From assembly GCA_963662795.1 (NCBI GenBank), contig OY759746.1, forward strand, positions 1,440,001 through 1,504,000: a DNA stretch of 64,000 nucleotides. The letters run 5' to 3'. The position numbers and the translations under genes are program-made. Positions 10,176 to 20,191 of this stretch are shown here, in pieces. The notes under the pieces were generated by a model, which did not search any database, was not told the DNA's origin, and saw nothing but the letters and a program-made list of their open reading frames with translations. Source of the stretch: Spirochaetia bacterium (GTDB lineage: Bacteria; Spirochaetota; Spirochaetia; CADAEX01). Position 1 is the first letter of the stretch, and each line of letters opens with the position of its first letter.

Positions 10176-11288
10176 TTGGAAAAAAGAGCTTTTGTTATTC
10201 TTGCAACACCCTTCTATCTTGATAAAGGATCTTCTGTCCGTGCAAGATCAAACATTCTGGCTTTATCTAAAGTTTTTGATGAAGTTGTTGTATTTACATA
10301 TCCGGTCGGAAATGATTTTAATGCTGAAAAAGTTAAAATAACAAGGGTAAAATCTTTATTTTATAAAAGAAAAGCAGCAGGGCCCAGTTTTGGAAAAGTA
10401 ATAATAGATATGCATTTGATCTTTAGTGCATTCACACATCTTTGGAAAAACAAGGATCGGTATTCTTATGTTATTGGAGAGGACATTGAAGGCGGAATAA
10501 TCGCAAAAGTATTATCCGGAATATTTAGAAAGCCTTATGTCTATGAAATGTATAATCCGTTTTACAATACATTATTGCCATACCCTAAGTGGAAAATATT
10601 TCTGCCGATTGTTAAATTAATAGACAAATGGCTTGAGAGTTCGAAATGCATGTCTGTTGAATGGGATTATGAACTTGAGAGGGTAAAAAACGGAAAAAAT
10701 ATATGCTCTGTTGTATATGATGCTTTTCCGGAAGACAGGGAAGACCTTGATTTTATACTTCCTGAAAAATATATGTGCTATTCAGGGAATTTCAAGAAAT
10801 ATCAGGGGATAGAATGGTTTTTAAATATTTATTCACAAACAGAAAGTGATTATAAAGTTGTTTTAGTAGGTGAAACCAGTCAGGAGATAAAAAATATAAT
10901 CAGTGAATTAAAATTAAATGAAAAAATCATAACCCCGGGTTCACTTTCTCTGCAGAAGACAAACACCGTAATAGGTAATTCCTGTTTCTGTATACTGCCG
11001 CGAATTATTGACGGTCCTCCCGGAATGAAGGCCCTGCACTATTTTTCTCAGGGGAAAGCTGTGCTTGCAACTGATTTATCCTGCAATAAAAAAATGATAA
11101 TCCGTAATAAGACCGGCTATTTATGTTCAACAGATACTGCCGGAATTATAAACGGATTAAAAATTATGCAGGATACTGTTTTTATAAAGGAAATGGAAGA
11201 TAATATCCGGAAACTCGGCATAGGTTCACAGAATTTAACAGATCGGAATATGTTGGAATTTTTTACAATGGTTGAAAATAATGCATAA
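10176..11288 (+). CDS. Glycosyltransferase family 4 (divergent)
   Basis: YSGNFKKYQG, PGMKALHYFSQGKAVLATD. Confidence 0.75.
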   Translation: MEKRAFVILATPFYLDKGSSVRARSNILALSKVFDEVVVFTYPVGNDFNAEKVKITRVKSLFYKRKAAGPSFGKVIIDMHLIFSAFTHLWKNKDRYSYVIGEDIEGGIIAKVLSGIFRKPYVYEMYNPFYNTLLPYPKWKIFLPIVKLIDKWLESSKCMSVEWDYELERVKNGKNICSVVYDAFPEDREDLDFILPEKYMCYSGNFKKYQGIEWFLNIYSQTESDYKVVLVGETSQEIKNIISELKLNEKIITPGSLSLQKTNTVIGNSCFCILPRIIDGPPGMKALHYFSQGKAVLATDLSCNKKMIIRNKTGYLCSTDTAGIINGLKIMQDTVFIKEMEDNIRKLGIGSQNLTDRNMLEFFTMVENNA

Positions 11289-12258
11289 TGAACCGCTTGT
11301 AACAGTTATTATGCCATCCTACAATAGTTCTTCCTTTATTAAGGAATCTGTTGAGAGCATAATTAACCAAAGCTACGGGAAATGGGAATTATTGATAACT
11401 GATGATAATTCAATTGATGATACAATCAGAATAGTAGAAAATCTCAAAATAAATGAGCCAAGGATAAAATTATTTAAAAACGAAAAAAACATGGGCCCTG
11501 CATTTTCGAGGAATATCTGCTTAGAAAACGCAGAAGGGAAATATATCGCAATATTGGATTCGGATGATTTAGCGGATAGGGAAAGACTTGAAGAACAGGT
11601 TGATTACCTTGAAAAAAATGATAATATTTTTTTGCTGGCAACAAGTGCAATACTGATTGATGAGAAAGGTAATATATTAAGGAAGTCCAGGCAAATTACC
11701 GATCCCCTTAAACTGATTAAAAGACTTGAGAAAAAAAATGCTATTTATCATTCATCAGTTATGTACCGTAATATTAAAGGTTTAAATTACAGAACAAACA
11801 TTGAAAGTGAAGATTATGATTTTTATCTCCGGCTTTTAACGGACGGGGAAAAAATTGCCGGAATAGAAGAACCTTTAATAAGCTACCGTATAAGGGCGAA
11901 TTCAAATTCATTCAGTAAAAGTATCCGGACAAGATTGGTAAGTGAGAAACTTGTAGAATTTTATCGTGAACGTATTAGAACAGGAACTGACAGCTATTCT
12001 GAGTTTGATCAGGAAAAATATATAAATAAAAGATTACTTGATAAAAAAGACATGACTGTCTTAAAGACAAAAATTAAGGATGAACTTCTATTTAATTTTG
12101 AAATTAGGGATAAAAAAGAATATTATACCTATTTTAAAGAATATGGAATTTTCAACCGTGTTTTTATTTTATTTTTTATTTCTTTTTTACCATATAAAAT
12201 CAGACAGAAACTTTTTAGAAAATCTCCAATTGCACTGCTGAGGATCTTTAACCAATGA
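11272..12258 (+). CDS. Glycosyltransferase family 2 (start may be the ATG at 11281)
   Basis: VTVIMPSYNS, TDDNS, GPAFSRN, ILDSDD, SEDYDF. Confidence 0.9.
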   Translation: MKIMHNEPLVTVIMPSYNSSSFIKESVESIINQSYGKWELLITDDNSIDDTIRIVENLKINEPRIKLFKNEKNMGPAFSRNICLENAEGKYIAILDSDDLADRERLEEQVDYLEKNDNIFLLATSAILIDEKGNILRKSRQITDPLKLIKRLEKKNAIYHSSVMYRNIKGLNYRTNIESEDYDFYLRLLTDGEKIAGIEEPLISYRIRANSNSFSKSIRTRLVSEKLVEFYRERIRTGTDSYSEFDQEKYINKRLLDKKDMTVLKTKIKDELLFNFEIRDKKEYYTYFKEYGIFNRVFILFFISFLPYKIRQKLFRKSPIALLRIFNQ

Positions 12259-13082
12259 AGCTGTTTTCCATAATAACCGTTGTTTTAAATGACAAAACAG
12301 GTTTTAAGAGGACTGCCGAATCACTTTTTATGCAGAGTTGTAATGATTATGAATATATAGTTGTTGATGGAAATTCTACTGACGGGACTTTGGAATGCAT
12401 AAAGCAATTCGGAAGTAAAATAAATACTCTTATATCAGAGAAAGATAACGGTATTTATGATGCAATGAATAAAGGCATAAAATCTGCCTCCGGAAGATAT
12501 TCATTTTTTTTAAATGCGGGTGATATTTTTTATGATAACAATGTTATTGAAACTATAAAAAAAGCAATAGCAGATGATAATCCCGACCTTGTAATAGGTG
12601 ATGTAAGAAAAGAAATCGGAATTACAGATATTTATTCATATGAGACAATAAGAATACCATTCAGTAGGAAATTATTAAAAAAAGGAATAATGCCGCATCA
12701 TCAGGGAGTTTTTTTAAAAACAAAACACTACAAAGATGCCGGAGGGTTCAGCACTAAGTATAAAAGCTCAGGAGATGTTGATTTATTTCAGCGGCTGAGC
12801 AGAAAAAATTTTAATGTTTTATATGTAGGCTGCACTATCTCGCAATTCAGGGGAGAAGGAATCAGTTCCAATAAGCTTATCAGCTATAAGGAAACTTATG
12901 ATTCAATAAAAAACAATTTCGGGTTGTACTGGTCGCTGAAATATTATATATCCCGTATTTTAATTGAACAGGGAATAAAAAAAATATTCAGATTTATAGG
13001 AATATTGAATATCTATTACACGATTAAATTCGGTATAGAAAAATATTTTAGAAAGAAATCTGAATTTATAAGAAAAAATTAA
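12255..13082 (+). CDS. Glycosyltransferase family 2 (WcaE-like)
   Basis: SIITVVLN, VDGNSTDGT, EKDNGIYDAMNKG, FLNAGD. Confidence 0.9.
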   Translation: MKLFSIITVVLNDKTGFKRTAESLFMQSCNDYEYIVVDGNSTDGTLECIKQFGSKINTLISEKDNGIYDAMNKGIKSASGRYSFFLNAGDIFYDNNVIETIKKAIADDNPDLVIGDVRKEIGITDIYSYETIRIPFSRKLLKKGIMPHHQGVFLKTKHYKDAGGFSTKYKSSGDVDLFQRLSRKNFNVLYVGCTISQFRGEGISSNKLISYKETYDSIKNNFGLYWSLKYYISRILIEQGIKKIFRFIGILNIYYTIKFGIEKYFRKKSEFIRKN

Positions 13083-13147
13083 TAGTAGAATTATTTTTCT
13101 TACATATATCATAAAATCAGGCAGCTGCTCCGGGTCTTAAAGGTTAA

Positions 13148-14881
13148 TTGAAAATGAGAATAAAAACAGAATATTTTATAAATGCAGTTACAGCCTCAAT
13201 AATGCTTTTTGTTTATACAACTGCAGGAGCTTATCTTCTGCCTGAAGGTATAAACGAAGTCTTTACGGAAAGGACCTGGAAATATTTTCTTATTCTGACA
13301 GTTGTACTTGCTGCTTCATTTGCAGTTTTTTCTCGTATGTGCAAAAACAGGGCCATAATCAATATAGGAAAAATTGAAAAAGTACTGGTTCATGAACTTA
13401 TTTATATCCTGATTCCTCTTACCCCCATTATTCAATACATGATTTCCAACAGGGAAATGCTCACTATATCAAGTTCAATTCTGATAATACTGTTTTTCGG
13501 GATATTATCCTTTGTTCTCTGCGTTGGAATTCCTGTCTTATTATCTTTTACAGCATCAAGACATATCCTGATTTCAGCAGGAACAGCCTTTTTATATTTA
13601 TTATTAAGCATGGTTTCACTTTCCGCAAAATACGGCTGGCACAACAAGGGTTCGCTGAAAATACAAATGCTTGTATTTTTGTCAGCATTTATAATACTGG
13701 CATTTTCAAAATATCTGCCGAAAAAAATATTCATTTCTGCGGTTCTTCTTAATTTACTGATCAACTCCTTTACTTTTTTTTATACCGCGGAAACGGTTAA
13801 TAAAGCGCAGAATAACACTGGAGAAATTACAGTTGGCAGTGAACTTGTAAATAAGGAAATCAAAAAGTTAAACGATATATTTTTGTTTGTTTACGAATCA
13901 TATGCAGATTATGAAACGGTTAAGCATTATGGTTTCGATAACAAAGCGCAACTGGAATATTTAGAAGAAAAAGGTTTTAATATTTACCCAGGAATATATT
14001 CACTGGGTACGCCTTCTATTCCATCCATCTCAAATGTATTTAATATAAACAGCAATGTCCACTACAATAGAGAATATATAATCGGCGGCGGTAATGTTCA
14101 TAAAATATTAAAAACGAAAGGCTATAAATCATACGGTGTTTTTCAAAATGATTATTTCTTTCGGGGAATGGGACCTGATAAAATAAAGTATGATTATCTT
14201 TTTCCTGCCCCGCTTCCTCTAAAAGAAGATAAACTGCTTATTAAGACAATACTGGCCGGTGAATTTAATGATGAAGTCAGTCTTGAGGGTGTTGGTACGG
14301 AATCTTATGTAAATGAAAAACAAAAAATAATTAAAAGTGATTTTCAATATCCAATAATATTTTATACGCATAATCCCAAACCGGGACATGGGCCCAGCGC
14401 CGGGGTGCTTCCTGCGGAAGTAGATAAATATATTGAATTATACATAAACCAGATTCAACAGGTTAACAGAGAAATGGAGCAGGACATTAATCTGGTATTA
14501 AAATATAAACCTGATGCGATAATTATAATTGCAGGGGATCATGGTCCTTCATTAACCAAGTCAGGGTATGGGCTGCAGAAAGGAAAAGGGGGATTCACAG
14601 CCGGGGATGTCGACAGGTATGATATCCAGGATAGATTTGGAGCGTTTCTTGCAATAAAATGGCCGGAAATTAATTATAAGCAAACAGACAAAATAAAAAT
14701 TCTACAGGACATTTTTCCGGCTGTATTCTCATACTTATTTGAGGATGACAAATTATTCAATGAAACAAGAATGGATAGCGAAATATTAAACCCCAAGAAA
14801 ACACTTGGCGTATCAGTTAATGATGGTATTATTGCGGGTGGAGCGGATGATGGTGAGCCGTTATTTTTATTTAAGGAATAA
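13148..14881 (+). CDS. Polytopic membrane protein with C-terminal alkaline-phosphatase/sulfatase-fold (LTA-synthase-like) domain
   Basis: About 7 hydrophobic segments, then FVYESY, PSIPS, HNPKPGH and AGDHG metal/nucleophile-like motifs. Confidence 0.7.
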   Translation: MKMRIKTEYFINAVTASIMLFVYTTAGAYLLPEGINEVFTERTWKYFLILTVVLAASFAVFSRMCKNRAIINIGKIEKVLVHELIYILIPLTPIIQYMISNREMLTISSSILIILFFGILSFVLCVGIPVLLSFTASRHILISAGTAFLYLLLSMVSLSAKYGWHNKGSLKIQMLVFLSAFIILAFSKYLPKKIFISAVLLNLLINSFTFFYTAETVNKAQNNTGEITVGSELVNKEIKKLNDIFLFVYESYADYETVKHYGFDNKAQLEYLEEKGFNIYPGIYSLGTPSIPSISNVFNINSNVHYNREYIIGGGNVHKILKTKGYKSYGVFQNDYFFRGMGPDKIKYDYLFPAPLPLKEDKLLIKTILAGEFNDEVSLEGVGTESYVNEKQKIIKSDFQYPIIFYTHNPKPGHGPSAGVLPAEVDKYIELYINQIQQVNREMEQDINLVLKYKPDAIIIIAGDHGPSLTKSGYGLQKGKGGFTAGDVDRYDIQDRFGAFLAIKWPEINYKQTDKIKILQDIFPAVFSYLFEDDKLFNETRMDSEILNPKKTLGVSVNDGIIAGGADDGEPLFLFKE

Positions 14882-14887
14882 AATAGT

Positions 14888-15580
14888 ATGTTCCATGTTA
14901 TTTACCTGGTTTTTATATATCCAATAGAATTTATTATAAAGACTATACTGGAAACAGCTTATAATTTTACAGGAAATTATGGTTTTTCGCTTATTATCTT
15001 AAGTATTTGTATAAGTTTAATTCTTCTGCCATTTTATCGGTTCACAGAATATTTGCAAAACAGGGAACGAAAAGTAAGGAATAAAATGCAGTCTCAGATA
15101 GACGATCTTAAAAGTGTCTATAAGGGTTATGAACAGCATTTATATCTGAAAGCACTCTACAGGCAGAATAATTATCATCCCTTACTTGCACTGCAGGCGT
15201 CTTTGGGATTGCTGATTCAACTCCCTTTTTTTATCGCAGCATATCATTTTATTTCCGGGTATGAATTACTTAATGGGGTTGTGTTCTGGATTTTTAGGGA
15301 TCTTGGGAATCCTGACGGCCTGATTGAAACGGCCGGGATGAATATAAATATCATGCCTGCTGTCATGACTTTTTTTAATCTTTCAGGTGCTTACTATTAC
15401 GGAAAAAATCTTTCATCTAACGAGAAATACCAAATGTATTTTGTTGCCTTGCTTTTTTTTATTCTTCTTTATAATTCTCCGGCGGGCCTTCTTATTTACT
15501 GGACCTGCAATAATATTTTCAGTTTTATTAAATACATCATTATTCACTTTATGAATATCAGATCGAGTGAAAAAACGTGA
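14888..15580 (+). CDS. Short YidC/Oxa1-family membrane protein (no periplasmic P1 domain)
   Basis: YGFSLIILS…LILLPF, helical hairpin, LIQLPFFIAAY, DLGNPD, PAGLLIYWTCNN. Confidence 0.8.
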   Translation: MFHVIYLVFIYPIEFIIKTILETAYNFTGNYGFSLIILSICISLILLPFYRFTEYLQNRERKVRNKMQSQIDDLKSVYKGYEQHLYLKALYRQNNYHPLLALQASLGLLIQLPFFIAAYHFISGYELLNGVVFWIFRDLGNPDGLIETAGMNINIMPAVMTFFNLSGAYYYGKNLSSNEKYQMYFVALLFFILLYNSPAGLLIYWTCNNIFSFIKYIIIHFMNIRSSEKT

Positions 15581-16892
15581 GGCAAAAATGATTCTTGTTT
15601 GTGTTTTATTTTTAATAATTATTCAACCTGCACATGCATACCTTGATCCCGGAAGCGGAAGTATGCTTATCAGCGTGATAATTGCCTTATTGGCTACATT
15701 GTATTACTTTGCTAAAAATATTTTCTATAATAAATCAAAATATTTTTTTAAAAAAAACAGCAGTATACAGACAGAAAAAAATGATATAGTTTTCTATTCC
15801 GAATCAGGATGCTACTGGAATGTGTTTTTTCCGATTATAAGGGAATTAAGCGAACGCGGGATAACCTCCTCATATTATACCAGCGACAAAAAGGATCCCG
15901 GATTGTCAACCGACATACCTGAACTGGATAAAAAATATATTGGTGACGGGTATGAAGCTTTTTTCTTCTTGAATCATCTTGAAACATGTATTGTTGTGAT
16001 GACCACTCCGGGCTTGGATGTCCTTCAGATAAAACGCAGTAAAAAAGTAAAGCATTACTGTCACATTGTTCATGGTCTTGAAGACACATCCACTTATTCT
16101 CCATACGGTGTTGATTATTTTGATTCTGTGCTGGTCAATGGAGAACATCAGGTTTTTGTAATCAGGGAACTGGAAAAAGAGCGAAGTCTCCCGGAAAAAA
16201 AAGTTGAAATAATTGGAAGTACATATCTTGATGTAATGCGCGAAAATATTAATAAAAAAGTACCTGATAATCTGAATATATTACCAGATAAAAAAACAGT
16301 CCTGCTTGCTCCCAGCTGGGGTGAAAAGGGATTTTTGAAGAACCATGCTGAATCTATACTGAATAGTCTGATTGAAGAAGATTACAATATAATCCTTCGC
16401 CCTCATCCGCAGAGTTTAAAAGCTGAAGCGGATGTTATCAAACTGCTTGAAAATAAATTTGCCGATAAAAAATATTTAATCTGGGACAAAACATCATCAG
16501 GACTTGAAGCAATGCGAAAGTCAGATGTCATGATTTCAGATTTTTCGGGCATAATATTTGATTATATTTTTCTGTTTTCAAAACCTGTTATTGTAACTGA
16601 TTTCAAGTTGGACTGCCGTAAATATGATATGAATATTCTTAAATCAAAAAGCAGCACATTAATGAAATTAATTAATGAAGATAAAATAGGCTACAGGTTT
16701 AAGAGCCGTGATTATAAAAACATTAAGAAAATTGTACAAATCGCATTATCTGATAATCCTTATAAACAATATGTAGATGAAATAAAAGATACAGTTAATT
16801 GTTTTCCGGGACAGGCTGGAAAAAGAGGCGCAGACTTTCTGCAGAGTGAATTGAAAAAGATAGTAACTGATAAAAATAAAGGTACCAGATGA
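15567..16892 (+). CDS. CDP-glycerol:glycerophosphotransferase-like (TagB/TagF family) with signal peptide and YLDPGSGS-TM anchor
   Basis: MTTPGLD, HIVHG, LLAPSWG, LRPHP, ISDFSGIIFDY. Confidence 0.8.
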   Translation: MKKREAKMILVCVLFLIIIQPAHAYLDPGSGSMLISVIIALLATLYYFAKNIFYNKSKYFFKKNSSIQTEKNDIVFYSESGCYWNVFFPIIRELSERGITSSYYTSDKKDPGLSTDIPELDKKYIGDGYEAFFFLNHLETCIVVMTTPGLDVLQIKRSKKVKHYCHIVHGLEDTSTYSPYGVDYFDSVLVNGEHQVFVIRELEKERSLPEKKVEIIGSTYLDVMRENINKKVPDNLNILPDKKTVLLAPSWGEKGFLKNHAESILNSLIEEDYNIILRPHPQSLKAEADVIKLLENKFADKKYLIWDKTSSGLEAMRKSDVMISDFSGIIFDYIFLFSKPVIVTDFKLDCRKYDMNILKSKSSTLMKLINEDKIGYRFKSRDYKNIKKIVQIALSDNPYKQYVDEIKDTVNCFPGQAGKRGADFLQSELKKIVTDKNKGTR

Positions 16893-19225
16893 AAACTGAC
16901 CGCTTAAACAATCACACCCTGCTTATATTGTTATTGGCTTTCGTCATCATTGTCCCCTGGATGTGTGTAGATTTCCTGACAAGTGTTTTAGATGCGGCGA
17001 ATAAAAAAATTGTATCATCCATCCATAATGCTGTTGTGCTTCCAGTCCGTGTAAAGCTTACCGGGCTTGATGATGAACAGCTCTCCCTGGTCCGGGTTTA
17101 CCGTGTATCCCCAAGGGGTAACCGCAGTTTATACCGCCTTAATGAAGGCGTTTTCTATAAAGAAGCAAAATATTTTGCAGATATTGAACTTGAAATTCTT
17201 GATAGCGATATTTCTGACTTTGAGAAAATTACTCTGGAAACAGGAAGTCGTGAATATGAAGTATTACCTGAAAATCTTATAACTGCGGATAGCAAAAGTC
17301 TGGCTGATTCTTCATCGGTATTTTCACTTAAAAAAACATTTAATCTTAAAAAATCAAAGTCTTTTATCCCTCAGTTCAAAGGTTTGATAAATTATCGCGG
17401 TGACATGCAAATGGTATTACTGATTTTTTTACGTACAGCGATCCCTGTGATTATTTCCCTTTTACTGTTTTTATGGTGGTCGCGTTTTTCACCTGTATTG
17501 CTTTTTACTTTGTCCTGGTTTGTGATTGGAATTGCCGGATTTCTTTTAAGTCCTGTATATCTGCAGATCCGGCATTTAATCTTTACATATTTTCTTATTT
17601 CAATACGTAATGGTTTTTATATTGTGTTTTTATATTCTTCATTGAAAATAATAACACAGAAAAAGTCTTCCCTTGCTGAAATCGATCCAGATAATAACAA
17701 TAATTCAATATTTACTTTTGCAGCAGTGATTTCAATTTTTATTGCCGCCTTTGTGCTCCGGATCTGGAATCTCAATTATATGCAGGGTGTTGATACTTTC
17801 AATCTTACATCTGCCCGTGCGTTAAATGATACAGGTGTTTTTTCCTATCTGCGGAACTGGGATCTCACATACATGCTTGCCTGGGTTTTTAGAAATTTTG
17901 GAATTAGCCTGACTGCGGCAAGGTTGCCTTTTGTGCTTATTTCTCTTGTTATTATGGGTCTTACCGGATTAATGCTTCGACAATTCGGCCGGAAAGCTTT
18001 ATTAACAGGCCTTATATTATATGCAATATCACCGGTTGCAATTGAAAAAGCAAGTGTTATCCGTGAATATGGTGAAAATGTTTTTCTTACAGCATTAATC
18101 TGCACAATACTTCTGGCTGTTTATGTTAAATATAGAAAACGGATGTTTACAGCTCTGTTTTGGATGACAATTGTGATATCTTTTTTCTCCATTGCCATTC
18201 TGATCTACGGCCCTGCTGTACGGAATTTAACAATAAATACCTCGCTTCAGGCATCAGGTTTTCTCTACATATCCCTGTCTGTCATGCTCCTGTGGAATAA
18301 TTATCCGTCGCTTAAGCGAATAATTATAGCCGCAGGACTCATCTGCGTAATCACTGTTTTTGTAATAGCGCCGAAACTTGGACCTTTTTCAGGCAGATTT
18401 CGTCCCTCTTTTAATTTTATTTTCTTTTATTTTAACCCAATGGTGCATCATCCCATGCAATGGTTTTCTTTCCAGAGCATAGGATTGGTACTGCCTCTTA
18501 TGCTGCCGGTTTTTGCTCTTTTTAACCGGAAAAACAGGGATGTTATTATAGCGGTATTTATGACTTTTTTTGGCAGTATCGCTTTATTTTCTGTATATAT
18601 GGGCAATACGATAAGAAGCAGATATCTTTATCATATATCCCCATTTTATATTATTCTTATAACTCTTGGACTTATCTGGCTTTGGGAAAAAATATCTGAA
18701 CATGAGCTTTCTGATAAAGCAGGAAAAAGATATAAATTGAGGGGCTTTTTTATTGCCGGATGTGTATTAATATTCTGGCTGCCGAATACAGTTATTGCCG
18801 CAAAGCATGAAATCCCTTCAGGTCAGGAAAGGGATGTAACTTCTTTCGGTTATCGCGATTATTTTATCGATTTTTATGAATATTTAATTGCAAGCGGGTT
18901 AAGAAAATCTGATGCAATTGTTATGGAAACTCACAGACCTGACCTTCTATGCTGGCTTCTTGACCGGCCGGTAAATAATAAATATGTTATTAAACGTGGA
19001 AGCTATGATATATCAGAAAATATGTATCTTGAAAATGTCTATGGCGTAAAACAGCTTGAAACGGCCGTTGAAAAACATGATAAAGGTTATTTTATTACAA
19101 GAAATGTTGCATATGACAGAAATCCCGTTTTTATAAAAGGTATTAAACTTAAATATTTAACAACTATTCATAATCATTCTTTTTATATCTGGGACAAAAA
19201 AATTAGCGGATCTAAAAAAAGTTAA
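16889..19225 (+). CDS. Polytopic GT-C-type (ArnT/PMT-like) glycosyltransferase
   Basis: More than 10 TM segments; FVLRIWNL, AARLPFV, IREY, RSRYL. Confidence 0.6.
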   Translation: MKTDRLNNHTLLILLLAFVIIVPWMCVDFLTSVLDAANKKIVSSIHNAVVLPVRVKLTGLDDEQLSLVRVYRVSPRGNRSLYRLNEGVFYKEAKYFADIELEILDSDISDFEKITLETGSREYEVLPENLITADSKSLADSSSVFSLKKTFNLKKSKSFIPQFKGLINYRGDMQMVLLIFLRTAIPVIISLLLFLWWSRFSPVLLFTLSWFVIGIAGFLLSPVYLQIRHLIFTYFLISIRNGFYIVFLYSSLKIITQKKSSLAEIDPDNNNNSIFTFAAVISIFIAAFVLRIWNLNYMQGVDTFNLTSARALNDTGVFSYLRNWDLTYMLAWVFRNFGISLTAARLPFVLISLVIMGLTGLMLRQFGRKALLTGLILYAISPVAIEKASVIREYGENVFLTALICTILLAVYVKYRKRMFTALFWMTIVISFFSIAILIYGPAVRNLTINTSLQASGFLYISLSVMLLWNNYPSLKRIIIAAGLICVITVFVIAPKLGPFSGRFRPSFNFIFFYFNPMVHHPMQWFSFQSIGLVLPLMLPVFALFNRKNRDVIIAVFMTFFGSIALFSVYMGNTIRSRYLYHISPFYIILITLGLIWLWEKISEHELSDKAGKRYKLRGFFIAGCVLIFWLPNTVIAAKHEIPSGQERDVTSFGYRDYFIDFYEYLIASGLRKSDAIVMETHRPDLLCWLLDRPVNNKYVIKRGSYDISENMYLENVYGVKQLETAVEKHDKGYFITRNVAYDRNPVFIKGIKLKYLTTIHNHSFYIWDKKISGSKKS

Positions 19226-19251
19226 AAATAAATAAAAGGTGAAAATAATTA

Positions 19252-20121
19252 ATGAACAACCAAAATGATATGGGAATAATATATCTTGCTTTTGGCCGGC
19301 CATATTTAGCTATGGCTCTGGTATCTTTTTATTCTGTTCGTAAAACAAACCCGAATCTGCCTGTATGCATATTAACAAATGTATGTAATAAAATTGATGG
19401 AATTGACGGTTGGGTGGATGGATTTGATATATGGATGTATCTTGAGATTGAAACCTCTGAAAACAGAGATGTAAAAACACAACTTTATAAATATTCCCCT
19501 TTTAATAAAACTCTTTATATTGATAGTGACACAATTATTGTTGGTGATTTATCCAAGACTGCTCTTTTATTGGATTACTTTGATATATGTCTGAAAATGA
19601 ACATAACAGAACAAAATAAGGCGGGGCGTACAAATTATAATGTGTTAGATGAAAAAGCAATTGTTAATGATTTGCCTCATTGGAATGGAGGTGTTGTTTT
19701 TTTTAAAAAAAATCAAAAAGTGAATAACTTCTTCGATTTATGGTATAAGTATTATAAAATACATAATAATAAGTATGATCAAATATCTTTGGTTGAGGCT
19801 ATCTTCAGATCCGAATGTAGAATATTATCTTTGGATTCAAGATGGAATTATAAAAGAAAAAATCCTAATGTACCATTAAAAAAGAATATTAAAATAGTAC
19901 ATTACGTAACCGACATGACGAGCCGTAATACACCTCAAATAAATAAAAAAATAATTAAAAAAATATTGACTGCCTCAACAATTATACCGGAAGGAATGCA
20001 GCCTCAACATTATTCAGAAATTCAAAACTTTTTTATTAAAATAAATAAGTTTAGAAAAAAAAGAATATTACTTTACAGGATTATAAAGAAAATAAGTAAA
20101 AAATTAAGAATCAAATATTAA
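19252..20121 (+). CDS. GT8-like nucleotide-diphospho-sugar transferase
   Basis: LYIDSD, WNGGV, YDQ, RWN, IVHY. Confidence 0.7.
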   Translation: MNNQNDMGIIYLAFGRPYLAMALVSFYSVRKTNPNLPVCILTNVCNKIDGIDGWVDGFDIWMYLEIETSENRDVKTQLYKYSPFNKTLYIDSDTIIVGDLSKTALLLDYFDICLKMNITEQNKAGRTNYNVLDEKAIVNDLPHWNGGVVFFKKNQKVNNFFDLWYKYYKIHNNKYDQISLVEAIFRSECRILSLDSRWNYKRKNPNVPLKKNIKIVHYVTDMTSRNTPQINKKIIKKILTASTIIPEGMQPQHYSEIQNFFIKINKFRKKRILLYRIIKKISKKLRIKY

Positions 20122-20191
20122 TAATTTCTAAGAATCAGTTTTTTTAAAAACAAGGATGAGTAGTATCCTGGAAATACACCGGAGAGAATAA

